Source: Octopus vulgaris (Eukaryota). Taken from it: a stretch of DNA of 64,000 bases. The stretch lies in assembly GCA_951406725.2 (NCBI GenBank), contig OX597822.1, positions 51,460,001 to 51,524,000 on the forward strand, in the 5' to 3' direction. Position 1 is the first letter of the stretch. Every line of letters starts with the position of its first letter. The position numbers and the translations under genes were made by a program. Below, one piece after another: positions 1 through 12,669 of this stretch. The notes under the pieces are model-generated. The model did no database searches and was not told the DNA's origin. It saw nothing but the letters and a program-made list of their open reading frames with translations.

Positions 1-94
1 TCAACCACGGAAATACATGTTTCCCATGAAAGCCAGTACGACTGTTAGCTCACACGGACAGGGCAAATAAAAAATAACAAAAATACAGATTATT

Positions 95-170
95 TTGGGA
101 CAATTGTTTCGCTATTAATGAATTAAATGTAATATTACTTACAATAATCCATTTGTAGCTCGTCAGCCAA
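95..170 (-). ncRNA. Type I hammerhead ribozyme (PLE-type, palindromic stem III, long stem II)
   Basis: Minus strand reads ttgg-CTGACGA-gcta...tagc-GAAA-caattg-TC-ccaa: stem I ttgg/ccaa, intact core, stem II gcta/tagc, palindromic ACAATTGT stem III, GUC cleavage triplet. Confidence 0.8.
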
Positions 171-386
171 GACTATCTGGATGAAATCCACTCAATCACA
201 CGCCAGATTTTACCATAACGATAAATACGCGTGTGGTTCAATTGATTACATCCGACGTTATAATTCAAATGCCCCAACCAACAGCGCGCCAAACTCTCAC
301 GGAAAACAAATACAGCATTTAGAAATAAATGCAGCATACAGCATTTAGAAATAAATGCAGCATAATTATTATTTTAATTAATTAAT

Positions 387-425
<39 letters not shown>

Positions 426-465
426 ATATATATATATACGTACGCACGCACACACAAACACATAT

Positions 466-860
466 ATTCTTTTATTCTATTACTTGTGACAGTCATTTGA
501 CGGCAGCCATGCTGGAATGCCGCCTTTAGTCGAACAAATCGAATCTAAGACTTACTCATTGTAAGCCTAGTACTTCTATCGGTTTCGTTTGCCGAACTGT
601 AAGTTCTGAAGACGTAAGCAGACCAACATCGGTTGTCATGCGATAGTGGGGAACAAACACAGACACAAGTACATACATATACATTCATATATGTATAGGA
701 CGAGCGTCTTTCAGTTTACATCTACCAAACCCACTTCCAAAGTTTTGGTCGACCCGAGGCTCTAGTAGAAGACACTTGCCGAAGGTGCCAGGCAGTGGGA
801 CTGAAGCCGGAATTATGTGGTTGTGACTCAAACGTCTTACCACACAGCCACGCCTGCACC
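466..860 (-). mobile_element. tRNA-derived SINE (family A, CORE-like central block), degenerate
   Basis: Clear homologue of 29050-29450. Minus strand starts with a tRNA-like A box/B box head (gtggctgtgtggtaag ... cagtcccactgc) followed by caccttcggcaagtgtcttctact. Confidence 0.75.
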
Positions 861-1265
861 TATATATACATATATCTTTTAAATTTGTTTCCGGGAAATG
901 TTTTCAATATGCAAATAAAGTACCCACTGTTTAATGATGCTGAGTGGTGAACCAATTTTTGAGGCCTGAATTGAGTTGTACAGATATAATGTAGGGACAA
1001 TGAACTCCAACTGGTGATGGCTGTAGTGGCTCTAGCTGCTAAACTATTTGCTTGAGATGTCAGTGAAGATAGTCATGATTGAACAAAGGTATGTTTTATC
1101 CATCCTTGACATCTGCAGACTGAACAGTAAAATATGACCAACATCACCATACACAACTCCAAACCCATAAAACAATACCATAAAACAATACTCACTTAAC
1201 TCAATCAAACAGTTCACTGGTCAAAAGGAATAAACATCCCTCAGCTAAACATCCATTAATATTGT

Positions 1266-1377
1266 ATCGCCTGAGGAAATGAATCTGCCCACGAATACTA
1301 CGGATTACATTGTAATCAGCTCTGGAATACGGACTGTGATTTTAAGACAACTGCAAGTCGTGAAAACGAGTAGCGAT
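1266..1377 (+). ncRNA. Degenerate hammerhead-like motif
   Basis: atcgc-CTGAGGA-(~85 nt)-GAAA-acgag-TA-gcgat; stem I atcgc/gcgat is perfect, stems II/III are eroded; lies upstream of a GIY-YIG remnant. Confidence 0.45.
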
Positions 1378-1899
1378 GCATTAAAATGGTTATAGATTCC
1401 ACCCAGGGATTATTTTTCAACTTGTAATATAACTCAATTCTACATTATTAAATTCTATGACAATCAAGTAAGTGATTCCGTTTTAATACGTATCTACTCT
1501 AGTTTGTACGTATTTCGTAAGGTTCACTTATAAATGTAGCTAAATAATTAAAGACAAATGTTATTAATTCCATTACAATGATTATAAACAAAAATTTTAA
1601 AAATTCTAAATATGTAAAAATATTCAATATCAAACATATAAGATTCAGATTTTCTGTCTGTCCCAACTTTTTTAGGATAATCTCTTCGTTTAATAATAGA
1701 AAACTGGATTTAATCTATGAAAAAAACAAACAAATAGAAAGTAAAGCACACAACAAAAGAGTAGAACAAAATAGTATGAATAATAATTTTAACAATAAAA
1801 ATACCTATACAATCACTTATATAAATCTACGAAGCATAATAATATTTCTTTATGTAGACAAAATATAAGCTGTAATTTCAGAGATCCACATAAATGCAA

Positions 1900-2260
1900 G
1901 TTGGACAGGGATTGAAAAAGACAAACATGTTGTATACCAGGTAACAATAATCGCATAAGATATGATCAAGATTTGTTATATTTGATCTAGACAGAATTGG
2001 GTTAAATTAAGAATAGCCAATCACGAATCGACTTTTAAGTTCCAAAACAAAATGAATAGTACTCGACTTTCAAAGAAAATTTGGTATCTGAAAACCTACA
2101 CAATCAAATGGAATATTTTGTATTTTAGACTTATACGAAATTAACAATAAATTCTCTACATTATGCCAAGAGGAAAATTATAGAATAATGCAAAGAAAAG
2201 GGAACCTTGTTAACATGAGAAATGAAAAAGTTTTTCTTGTTGGTACCTTTTTATTAAACT
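1900..2260 (+). pseudogene. Decayed Naiad/PLE GIY-YIG endonuclease fragment
   Basis: About 2007-2093 translates to LRIANHESTFKFQNKMNSTRLSKKIWYLK, paralleling LRIAQHMNSFKNKNLINSTGLSKYIWSLK in the 7690-9696 ORF. Confidence 0.7.
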
Positions 2261-3201
2261 GAAGTGACTTATACATGAGATTTGACGCCACACATCATCA
2301 CTTTTTAAAAACATGTATGTTATAATAATATAACCATATACTTTAAAATAATATAACCATATTTTTTAAACTATAGATATAAAATCGCATTATATATTAA
2401 TTACTAAATTGAACAATACAATTGAAGAATTCTAACTTATAAATCTATAATAGCACAATAGACAAAATTACCTACTTGAATTATAGCCAAATTAAATGAC
2501 TGCACAAATAATAACCTATATGGATCCATTAGATAATTAAAAAAATTGTATATTCTTGTTTATGCATGAAATACCTATAGATAATACGTCAATGATCAGA
2601 TGCATTTTAGAATGTATATTTTTTGAAAGAGTAAAAGTGTATGTATATGTATGTATGTGTGAATGTGTGTATATATATATATATATATACATATGTGTGT
2701 GGTATAAGTACACTTTAGAATATACGTTTCTCTATTATTATTTTTGCAAATTACTAATTTTTTCTCGGTTCATCCATAGGCAGGAAAATTAATAACCCCT
2801 TGTAAATTTTATAGAATTCATTTTAATTACATTATAGAATATTTAATATGTATATGCTCTTACGAGTATATATTTAACTTGTGCATCTGTTTATCGGTAT
2901 TTGGATGTGAATGGAATATACGTATATGTATGCGTATATGTATTGAGGTATGTAAGTTTGCGTTTTTTTCGATTTTCAAGTGCATGTATATGCATATCTA
3001 TGTATATATATAGAGAGAGATAGACACACACACACACATATATATTTATATATGCATGTAATTTTATATGTGGGTGTATGTATATTTGCGAATGTATATG
3101 AACATGTACGTGTGTGTATATATAAGTATATACATAGAGATACTAGAGACACTATATTAATCAGTGTGAATATATTTCTATAAGTACGTGCATGTGTGTG
3201 T

Positions 3202-3258
<57 letters not shown>

Positions 3259-3343
3259 GTATATATCTGGAGTACATTATTGGTACTTGAAATAGACATA
3301 TTGCATTTCCAGAGTAATTTTTATCATACTTTTTCTTTTTATG

Positions 3344-3399
<56 letters not shown>

Positions 3400-3430
3400 C
3401 ACACATATATATATAAATATATATATAAAT

Positions 3431-5262
3431 ATATAAAATAATAAATATTAGGGAATAAATCCAAATTTACAGGGAAAAAATCAGATTTAGGATTAAATCC
3501 AATTTTATAGTAAAATATTATAAAATATTATTAGAGACAAAACCACTATTTTGCAAAACAAACAAGGAAAGACTTAATCAATACATAAAATTTTAATAAA
3601 TAGTCAAAAAAACCGCCACTACAATTGTTTCTTGTCTTGATCGACAATCTTCAGGTGGACTTCCAATCTAAAATATCAATATTTTAAAATATAAAAATAA
3701 TAATTTTAAAATAATTAAAGTATTAATGAAAAAATATAAATATATAATCCATATATAACCTATATATAATCCATATATAATCAATATATAAACAATATAT
3801 AAACTAAAATAAACCTATCAACAATTAAATATAAAATATAAAATATAAAATATAAAATATAAAACAAAACAAAAAAATAATAATAATATAATAATAAACT
3901 ATATATACACCCATACACATATAACTAATTATATATAACCATATCTAACTACATACACTAAATCACACACCTATATATATATCCCTATACATACACATAA
4001 AACGTCTAGGCAACTATAAATAAATAAAATAGCTAAATACTTCAACACAATACTTATTCATACTCCCACACACACACATACAACCCACATTCCCGCTCTA
4101 GAAACGGACATCACTTAAAATTATGAACGGAGAAATGGAATAAATGGAATTAAAAATTATATTCACTTGGTAAAACGAACACTACTTAAAAATTATGAAT
4201 GAAACAATGCAATAAAACAACAGACATCGCAAATAGACACAAATTACTACGAATTCCTTAACAAACCTACCATGATAAACCAAAACTCATAAAAACATAT
4301 AATGATAAAATCTCCCTTTACTAAACTCTATAACATACCTATATAGCAATCCCCTAACCTAAACATTCACACACAAATACACACACGTAAACCACACACC
4401 TACGACATATACAAATACCCACACCACTTACACATACCTATACATACATATAAACCTCAACATATACTCCAAAAACCCACTCAACCCCACACAGACAAAT
4501 AAACACATACATCCCCAAACCTAAATAGCAAACCCATAAACACATTCACACACAAATATACATACGTAAAAAACACACCATATACATATACATACTCACC
4601 AAACTCGACATATACAACAATATTAACACACCCACATTCATACAGATAAACAGACTACACAACCAAAATACACACACACTCACACACAATCCCACATACA
4701 TAAACACTCCAAAGAAAAACAACATTATTACACATAATACGATATATAAAATACATCGTAAGTAACCAGAATATCAAAAATAATAATATGACATAAGGAG
4801 AAATAATATACATACTTTCAAGTCAGTTTCAAATTATGAAGTGAAATTAAATTCTAATCCCTTAAAAACATCAAACCAAATTACGTTACCATAGGAACAT
4901 AACTTATGTATAAAAAGAATACGCGCTATGGAAGCAAACCTCACTTAAAATTATGAATGGAGAAATAGAATAAATGGAATTAAAAATTATATACACGCGG
5001 TAAACCAACATTATTTTTAAAAAATTATGAATGGATTCTTTTATAAAACTACCATGATAAGCTAAAACTCACAAAAACATAAATGATAACACCTCCCTTT
5101 ACTAAACACTATAACATACTTATATAGCAATCCCTTTAACCTATACATTCACACACAAATACACACACGTAAACCACACACCCATAACAAATACAAACAC
5201 CCACCCCACTCACACACACCCACAAGTACATATAAGCCTCAACATATACACCAAACAAAATT
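3431..5262 (-). repeat. 3' pseudo-LTR (direct repeat, ~1.83 kb)
   Basis: Near-identical to 10260-12100 by eye, with scattered SNPs and homopolymer indels. Confidence 0.92.
3616..3658 (-). ncRNA. Minimal type I hammerhead ribozyme in 3' pLTR
   Basis: ccac-CTGAAGA-ttgtc gatcaa gacaa-GAAA-caattg-TA-gtgg; all three stems pair; GUA cleavage site. Confidence 0.9.
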
Positions 5263-6270
5263 ACGTTACCAAGGAACTTAACATATGTATAAAAAGTATT
5301 ACCGCTCTGGAAACGAACATCTTTTAAAATAATGAATGGAGAAATGGAATAAATGGAATTAAAAATAATATTCACGTGGCAAAACGAACACCACTCAAAA
5401 ATTATGAATGAAACAATGTAATAAAACAACCAACATCGAAAATAGACAAATTACCACGAATTCCCTAAAAAAAACCATGATAAACCAAAACTCTTAAAAA
5501 CATATAACGATAAAATCTCCCTTTGCTAAACTCTATAACAAACCTATATAGCAATCCCCCTAACCTAAACATTCACACACAAATACACACACGTAAACCA
5601 CAGACCCACCACTTATACAAATACCCACCTCACTCACACATACCTATACTAACTTATAAACCTCAATATACACCAAAAACCCACTCCCTCCCCACACAGA
5701 CAAATTAACACATACATCCCCAAACCTAAATAACAAACCCATATACACATTCACACACAAACAAACACACACGCAAAGCACACACACACAACAGATACAT
5801 ATACTCCCTCACATATACGCATATACATACTCACTAAACTCGATATATACAACAATATTTACACACCCACACTCATACAGATAAATAAATTATACAACTA
5901 AAAACTCACACACAATCTCATATACATAAACACTCCAATGAAAAACAACATTGAATACATCGTAATTAACCAGAATATCAAAAATAACAATATGACATAA
6001 GGAGAAATAAAATACATACTTACAAGTCAGTTTCAAATTATGAAGTGAAATTAAATTCTAAGCCGTTAAAAAAATCAAACCAAAATTACGTTACCATAGA
6101 AATATAACTTATGTATAAAAAGAATACGCGCCATGGAAAGTAAACGTCATTTAAAATTATGAATGGAGAAATAGAATAAATGGAACTAAAAATTTTATCC
6201 ACGTGGCAAACCAACACTACTTAAAAAAATTTATTATGAATGGATTCTTTAATAAAACTACCATGATAAA
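4090..6270. repeat. Higher-order internal tandem subrepeats of the PLE 3' UTR/pLTR
   Basis: Block ...ttaaaattatgaatggagaaat(g/a)gaataaatggaattaaaaatt... recurs near 4110, 4940, 5320 and 6145, in alternating ~840 and ~370 bp units. Confidence 0.8.
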
Positions 6271-7689
6271 TTATTATATACATTTATGAGCTTTAGCTCA
6301 TCTTAGCAGCTCTAACAAACAATTTGCAGTAACCCAAGTCTATTCTCGATGCCTGCCTTACTACTACAGTATTCCATTCCCAAATCTAAGCAACGCTAGC
6401 CCACCACCCGGTTACAATTCCCAACTCCACCCATTCATTCACAATTTCAACGACGTTCGCCTCCACAGCGCAACGTATTAGCCTCAATATATACACCGGT
6501 GATTCGCTTTCACATCCGTGCGGATGGGTGAGAGTATACATTGAATGTAGTGATGGGGCTCCTTTTACTATACACATTTGTACCTGTGTGGTAGTCTCCA
6601 TGTGTATATTCACGCACAGGTATAAATGCGGGGGGTACACGCGCACGGCATGTGCGTGTACCCCCTCACATGTACATATGCATGCTAGTTGGGCTCGATA
6701 TGTGCAACGGTGTAATCGCGCCCGCATACATGCAGATGGGCGAACTGCACAATCAAAATACGCACACGTGTGTGTGTGCGTTCCTTGGTTGTGCAGTTCA
6801 CCCATCTGGGTGTGAGTGGGTGTAATCGTATTGCTGTGGATGTCGAGCTTGAAACGTATGTATATGAGTGTGTATTGGGGGGTTGTACGTATTTGTTGTG
6901 TGCATGTGCTTCACGCACGTGCGTCCGTGTATGGATGAATATATTGGGATTGCTATGTGGGTGTAAATTGGGTATGGAGGGGGGAGTTTTGTCATTGTAT
7001 GGGTGTGGGTTTCATTTGTGATAGTGGTTTGTTGGTGATTTTTGGTATGTTCTGTATATTTGGGTTAGTTATGTATTATTCTAGTGTGTATAATTGTATA
7101 CATATATGATTGGTGTGAGTGGGATTACGCCCATTTTGGGGGATGTATGTGTTTATTTGTCCGTGTGGGGCGGGAGTGGCCGTTTGGTGTATATGTTGAG
7201 GCTCACATGCAATTCCAGGTACGCGCGAATGAAGTGGGCACTTATATTTGTTATGGGTGTGTGTACTTTATTATAACAGACAATACCCAAATAAAATCTG
7301 TCAATTCAACATACCAAATAAAAAACAAAGGGATCGTAAACATTCACACATACATACAAAACTCAATAAATACACCACTAAATAACACCCATCAACATAT
7401 AAATATATCCTCCAAAATACATATAACAAATGCATAATAAAAATACATAATAAAATTTTTTAAAAAAATATATATAAATAAAGAAAATAAAAAAATCTAA
7501 TATAAATTATTAAAGTTTTAACATACCATAAACTGTCATATTAATATACATTAAAAATGAACTAATTAAAACAAAGAAATATCAATAAAGACTAACTATA
7601 ATTAAAGCCTAGACTACATAACCAAATAAATATAATTATCTAAACTAATTTAAACTAAACTAAAGTAACCTAATAGGGAACTATTAATG

Positions 7690-10210
7690 CTATTTATCAT
7701 GAAACTTATTATATAGGTAAAGTAACTTATGTCTGCATTTTATTTTGCGCTCTTCACCAGTATTAAGTAAATTATCATACTTATAAAATAAAATTTCTTT
7801 AAACTCATTAGAGCATAAATAACAACAATTAGCTCCTATAGTATATGATTTAGTTTTACAAATTATTTCCCAAATTAAACTATAATTAATATTTAGTGAT
7901 TTAAGACTCCAAATGTACTTACTAAGTCCGGTTGAGTTGATTAAGTTTTTATTTTTAAAAGAATTCATATGTTGTGCGATTCTTAGTTTTATTTTTGAGG
8001 AAGTAGAACCTATATAAACCGCTTTTGGGTAATTATTATTCTTAAAGTTATTATCATGTAATGTAACTATACATTTATACACTACATCGTTAATATCACA
8101 ATTATTATTTAATATACAATTAGATTTATCTCTACATGTACAATTAATATAAGTCTTATCATTATTAATATTATTATCAAATAATTTCTTTTTATAAAAA
8201 TTATTCAGTTTATATTTATTAAATGAAGAAATAATGTTACCAACATTATTAGTGGTAGAATAACCTACTCCAAAATTATTAAAAGAGAAAATGTTTCTAT
8301 ATTTACGATTATCTCTAATAAATAGTTCTATAACATCTAAAATCTCTTTAATAATATTAGTTTTTACTTGATCTCCATAAGGAACTATTAACCAAATTTT
8401 ATTCTTATTAACCTTATTATTATTATCATTATTATAAATATATTTATAATTCTTTATTTTATTAAAATTATTATCAGAATTATATCTATGTACAGCATTT
8501 AAGGAATTATTAATGTTATTAATTTTATCAATATAATTATTATAATAATTATTAAATTTATTTTTATTTTTATTATTCTTATTTGTATTATTATTATTAT
8601 TATATTTATTATTATTATTATTATTCTTATTTATATTTTTATCATTTTTATTATTTTTTTTATAATATCTATTATTTTTACCACTAAACCTAACAAAATT
8701 ATAATTATTATTAGAAGTATCTCGAAAATTATCAATTAAATCTTTATCACTAATATTATAAAATTTAATATTCCTATTATAACCTGCCCCTCTAAGGGCC
8801 TCATTATAATAATTAGCATGTTTATTAAAAATCTCTATATCATAAAAGAGTAATGAAATACGTTTACTTATATTATTAATCAACGATTTTTTAATAGAAA
8901 ATGGGTGATTACTATTAACATTTATATATCTAAGGTTCTCATTAAGTTTATGATATGGTTGTGTTTTACCTGTAATAAGATTAAAATTAACATCTAAATA
9001 ATTAACATTATAATTCTCCTTATATATAGTAATACTTAAACCATATCTTTTAAAGAAACTATATAGTTTTTTCTTATATACTTCTAGATTCCTATTAGTA
9101 CAATTCTTTGTAACTAGTAGAAGATCGTCTCTATATAAACCACCCTCTATCTTAAGATTTTCTAATTGGAGTTCAGATAAAAGAAAAATACCTACTAAAT
9201 CAGTAGCCTGTGCAGAATCTGGTGCTCCCATAGGTATATCAAAACAATCTCTAGTATCATTCCTAGCCCATAATTTATTTTTATATTTAATTAGCGATTT
9301 CCTAGCCATTTTAATTACATTAACTTCTTCCCGTGACATACCCACTTTATTCATTGCGAAAATAAGCGCTTTATTAAACACAATTTCATTAATAGAAGAA
9401 TGATAATTATCTATATCTATTTGAATAAATTTAAAACGATTTTTATCTTTAATATTATTAAACCATTTCAATGTATTATTATTACTAAACCATAATTTTA
9501 AATAATTAAGTTTATTTAACTTATCAATATATTTATCTAATATAAATTTACTTAATTTACCTAGGTCCGATTTACATGGGCAAATTAATCTAACTTTAGG
9601 GTCTGAATAAAAATTATCTTTATGGTTTTTAAGAGTAATTCTGGGGTGCAAAGGTACATAAGGTTCAGTTTTATTATCCAACTCATATTTTAACATTACT
9701 ACTTAAGAGGCCTTATTAATATTATAAAGAATATCATCTGGAACAATTTTATATTTTTTTAATTATTTCTTTCCCTAATAGTTTATCATATAATTTAACA
9801 TCTAATTTATATAGGTTCCTTGTTTTATCAGATTGTACTATAATACCATCCATATTTCTCATATCTTTAATTTTAATTGCTAAATTCCTTAAATATTCAT
9901 TATTTCTATTTGGGTATTTATGGAATTCAATATTTATTACCACCTTCCATATACTATCTTCAAGTAATTGTAATTCTTTATTAAATGGAGGTTCCTTTCT
10001 AGATTTAAATTTAGAGGTAAAATTATCATTCCTACTATCAATATCATTAAATAAATAAAAATTATAGTAAAAAGCTTTCCATTTAATTCTAGAAATAAAA
10101 TCTTTAACATTATTAACAAGTTTCAAGATAAATTCCTTTCTAGAAGGAATAGGAATATCTTTCAAAGATGAATCCCAAAACAGCGGTTCTATCTTACCTG
10201 TAAAATCCAT
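7690..10210 (-). pseudogene. Naiad-type PLE polyprotein (RT + GIY-YIG endonuclease), disrupted by one frameshift and one nonsense codon
   Basis: RT motifs IQIDIDNYHSSI, PMGAPDSAQATDLVG, GGLYRDDLL, NYLDVNFNL, YINVNSNHP; CTCRDKSNC-x5-C zinc motif; VVYKC...VYIGST...RIAQH...CYLCSNE...LLN...KCRH. The 153-aa and 668-aa ORFs join if one A is removed from the A7 run near 9754-9760 and a TAA near 9704 is read through. Confidence 0.92.
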
Positions 10211-10259
10211 AATTTATGAAATTGAGGTATTACACTCAATATACAAAATTATCAATATT

Positions 10260-12100
10260 ATATAAAATAATAAATATTAGGGAATAAATCCAAATTTACA
10301 GGGAAAAAATCAGATTTAGGATTAAATCCAATTTTATAGTAAAATATTATAAAATATTATTAGAGACAAAACCACTATTTTGCAAAACAAACAAGGAAAT
10401 ACTTAATCAATACATAAAATTTTAATAAATAGTCAAAAAAACCGCCACTACAATTGTTTCTTGTCTTGATCGACAATCTTCAGGTGGACTTCCAATCTAA
10501 AATATCAATATTTTAAAATATAAAAATAATAATTTTAAAATAATTAAAGTATTAATGAACAAATATAAATATATAATCCATATATAACCTATATATAATC
10601 CATATATAATATATATATAAACAATATATAAACTAAAAAAAACCTATCAACAATTAAATATAAAATATAAAATATAAAATATAAAATATAAAATATAAAA
10701 CAAAACAAAAAAATAATAATAATATAATAATAAACTATATATACACCCATACACATATAACTAATTATATATAACCATATCTAACTACATACACTAAATC
10801 ACACACCTATATATATATCCCTATACATACACATAAAAACGTCTAGGCAACTATAAATAAATAAAATAGCTAAATACTTCAACACAATACTTATTCATAC
10901 TCCCACACACACACATACAACCCACATTCCCGCTCTAGAAACGGACATCACTTAAAATTATGAGCGGAGAAATGGAATAAATGGAATTAAAAATTATATT
11001 CACTTGGTAAAACGAACACTCCTTAAAAAATATGAATGAAACAATGCAATAAAACAACAGACATCGCAAATAGACACAAATTACTACGAATTCCTTAACA
11101 AACCTACCATGATAAACCAAAACTCATAAAAACATATAATGATAAAATCTCCCTTTACTAATCTCTATAACATACCTATATAGCAATCCCCCTAACCTAA
11201 ACATTCACACACAAATACACACACGTAAACCACACACCCACGACATATACAAATACCCACACCACTTACACATACCTATACATACATATAAACCTCAACA
11301 TATACTCCAAAAACCCACTCAACCCCACACAGACAAATAAACACATACATCCCCAAACCTAAATAGCAAACCCATAAACACATTCACACGCAAATATACA
11401 TACGTAAAACACACACCATATACATATACATACTCACCAAACTCGACATATACAACAATATTAACACACCCACATTCATACAGATAAACAAACTACACAA
11501 CCAAAATACGCACACACTCACACACAATCCCACACACATAAACACTCCAAAGAAAAACAACATTATTACACATAATACGATATATAAAATACATCGTAAG
11601 TAACCAGAATATCAAAAATAATAATATGACACAAGGAGAAATAATATACATACTTTCAAGTCAGTTTCAAATTATGAAGTGAAATTAAATTCTAATCCCT
11701 TAAAAACATCAAACCAAATTACGTTACCATAGGAACATAACTTATGTATAAAAAGAATACGCGCTATGGAAGCAAACCTCACTTAAAATTATGAATGGAG
11801 AAATAGAATAAATGGAATTAAAAATTATATACACGCGGTAAACCAACATTATTTTAAAAAAATTATGAATGGATTCTTTTATAAAACTACCATGATAAGC
11901 TAAAACTCACAAAAACATAAATGATAAAACCTCCCTTTACTAAACACTATAACATACTTATATAGCAATCCCTTTAACCTATACATTCACACACAAATAC
12001 ACACACGTAAACCACACACCCATAACAAATACAAACACCCACCCCACTCACACACACCCACAAGTACATATAAGCCTCAACATATACACCAAACAAAATT
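10260..12100 (-). repeat. 5' pseudo-LTR (direct repeat)
   Basis: Copy of 3431-5262 ending ~50 bp upstream of the ATG at 10210. Confidence 0.92.
10445..10487 (-). ncRNA. Minimal hammerhead ribozyme in 5' pLTR
   Basis: Identical to 3616-3658. Confidence 0.9.
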
Positions 12101-12134
12101 TCACGCACAGGTATAAATGCGGGGGGTACACGCG

Positions 12135-12669
12135 TATTGTGTTGAAGTATTTAGCTATTTTATTTATTTATAGTTGCCTAGACGTTTTTATGTGTATGTA
12201 TAGGGATATATATATAGGTGTGTGATTTAGTGTATGTAGTTAGATATGGTTATATATAATTAGTTATATGTGTATGGGTGTATATATAGTTTATTATTAT
12301 ATTATTATTATTTTTTTGTTTTGTTTTATATTTTATATTTTATATTTTATATTTTATATTTAATTGTTGATAGGTTTATTTTAGTTTATATATTGTTTAT
12401 ATATTGATTATATATGGATTATATATAGGTTATATATGGATTATATATTTATATTTTTTCATTAATACTTTAATTATTTTAAAATTATTATTTTTATATT
12501 TTAAAATATTGATATTTTAGATTAGAAGTCCACCTGAAGATTGTCGATCAAGACAAGAAACAATTGTAGTGGCGGTTTTTTTGACTATTTATTAAAATTT
12601 TATGTATTGATTAAGTCTTTCCTTGTTTGTTTTGCAAAATAGTGGTTTTGTCTCTAATAATATTTTATA
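12135..12669 (+). repeat. Inverted partial pLTR at the 5' end of the PLE
   Basis: Reverse complement of ~10347-10889 / ~3518-4051. Confidence 0.92.
12530..12572 (+). ncRNA. Minimal hammerhead ribozyme in inverted pLTR
   Basis: ccacCTGAAGAttgtcgatcaagacaaGAAAcaattgTAgtgg on the + strand. Confidence 0.9.

Larger units (their letters stand above)
3431..12669 (-). mobile_element. Penelope-like element (Naiad-type), near full length: inverted pLTR + 5' pLTR + RT-GIY-YIG ORF + long 3' UTR + 3' pLTR
   Basis: Direct repeat 3431-5262 = 10260-12100; inverted copy 12135-12669; RT and GIY-YIG motifs; a hammerhead in every pLTR; both ends abut (TA)n/(CA)n microsatellites. Confidence 0.92.

Noticed and set aside
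2556-3441. [12 protein letters not shown]-rich ORFs here and throughout the window
   Set aside because: Translations of (TA)n, (TG)n and (CA)n microsatellites, which lack stop codons.
4090-6270. CRISPR-like or regularly spaced array
   Set aside because: Eukaryotic context; units are long, the spacers are themselves repeated, and there are no cas genes.
9697-9760. Programmed frameshift between two ORFs
   Set aside because: An extra A in a homopolymer plus a downstream in-frame TAA is better explained by decay or sequencing error; PLEs normally have one ORF.
7690-10210. Selenoprotein-type Naiad (in-frame UGA plus SECIS)
   Set aside because: Some Naiads encode selenocysteine, but the interruptions here and in the second PLE are TAA/TAG or a frameshift, not TGA, and I could not identify a SECIS by eye.
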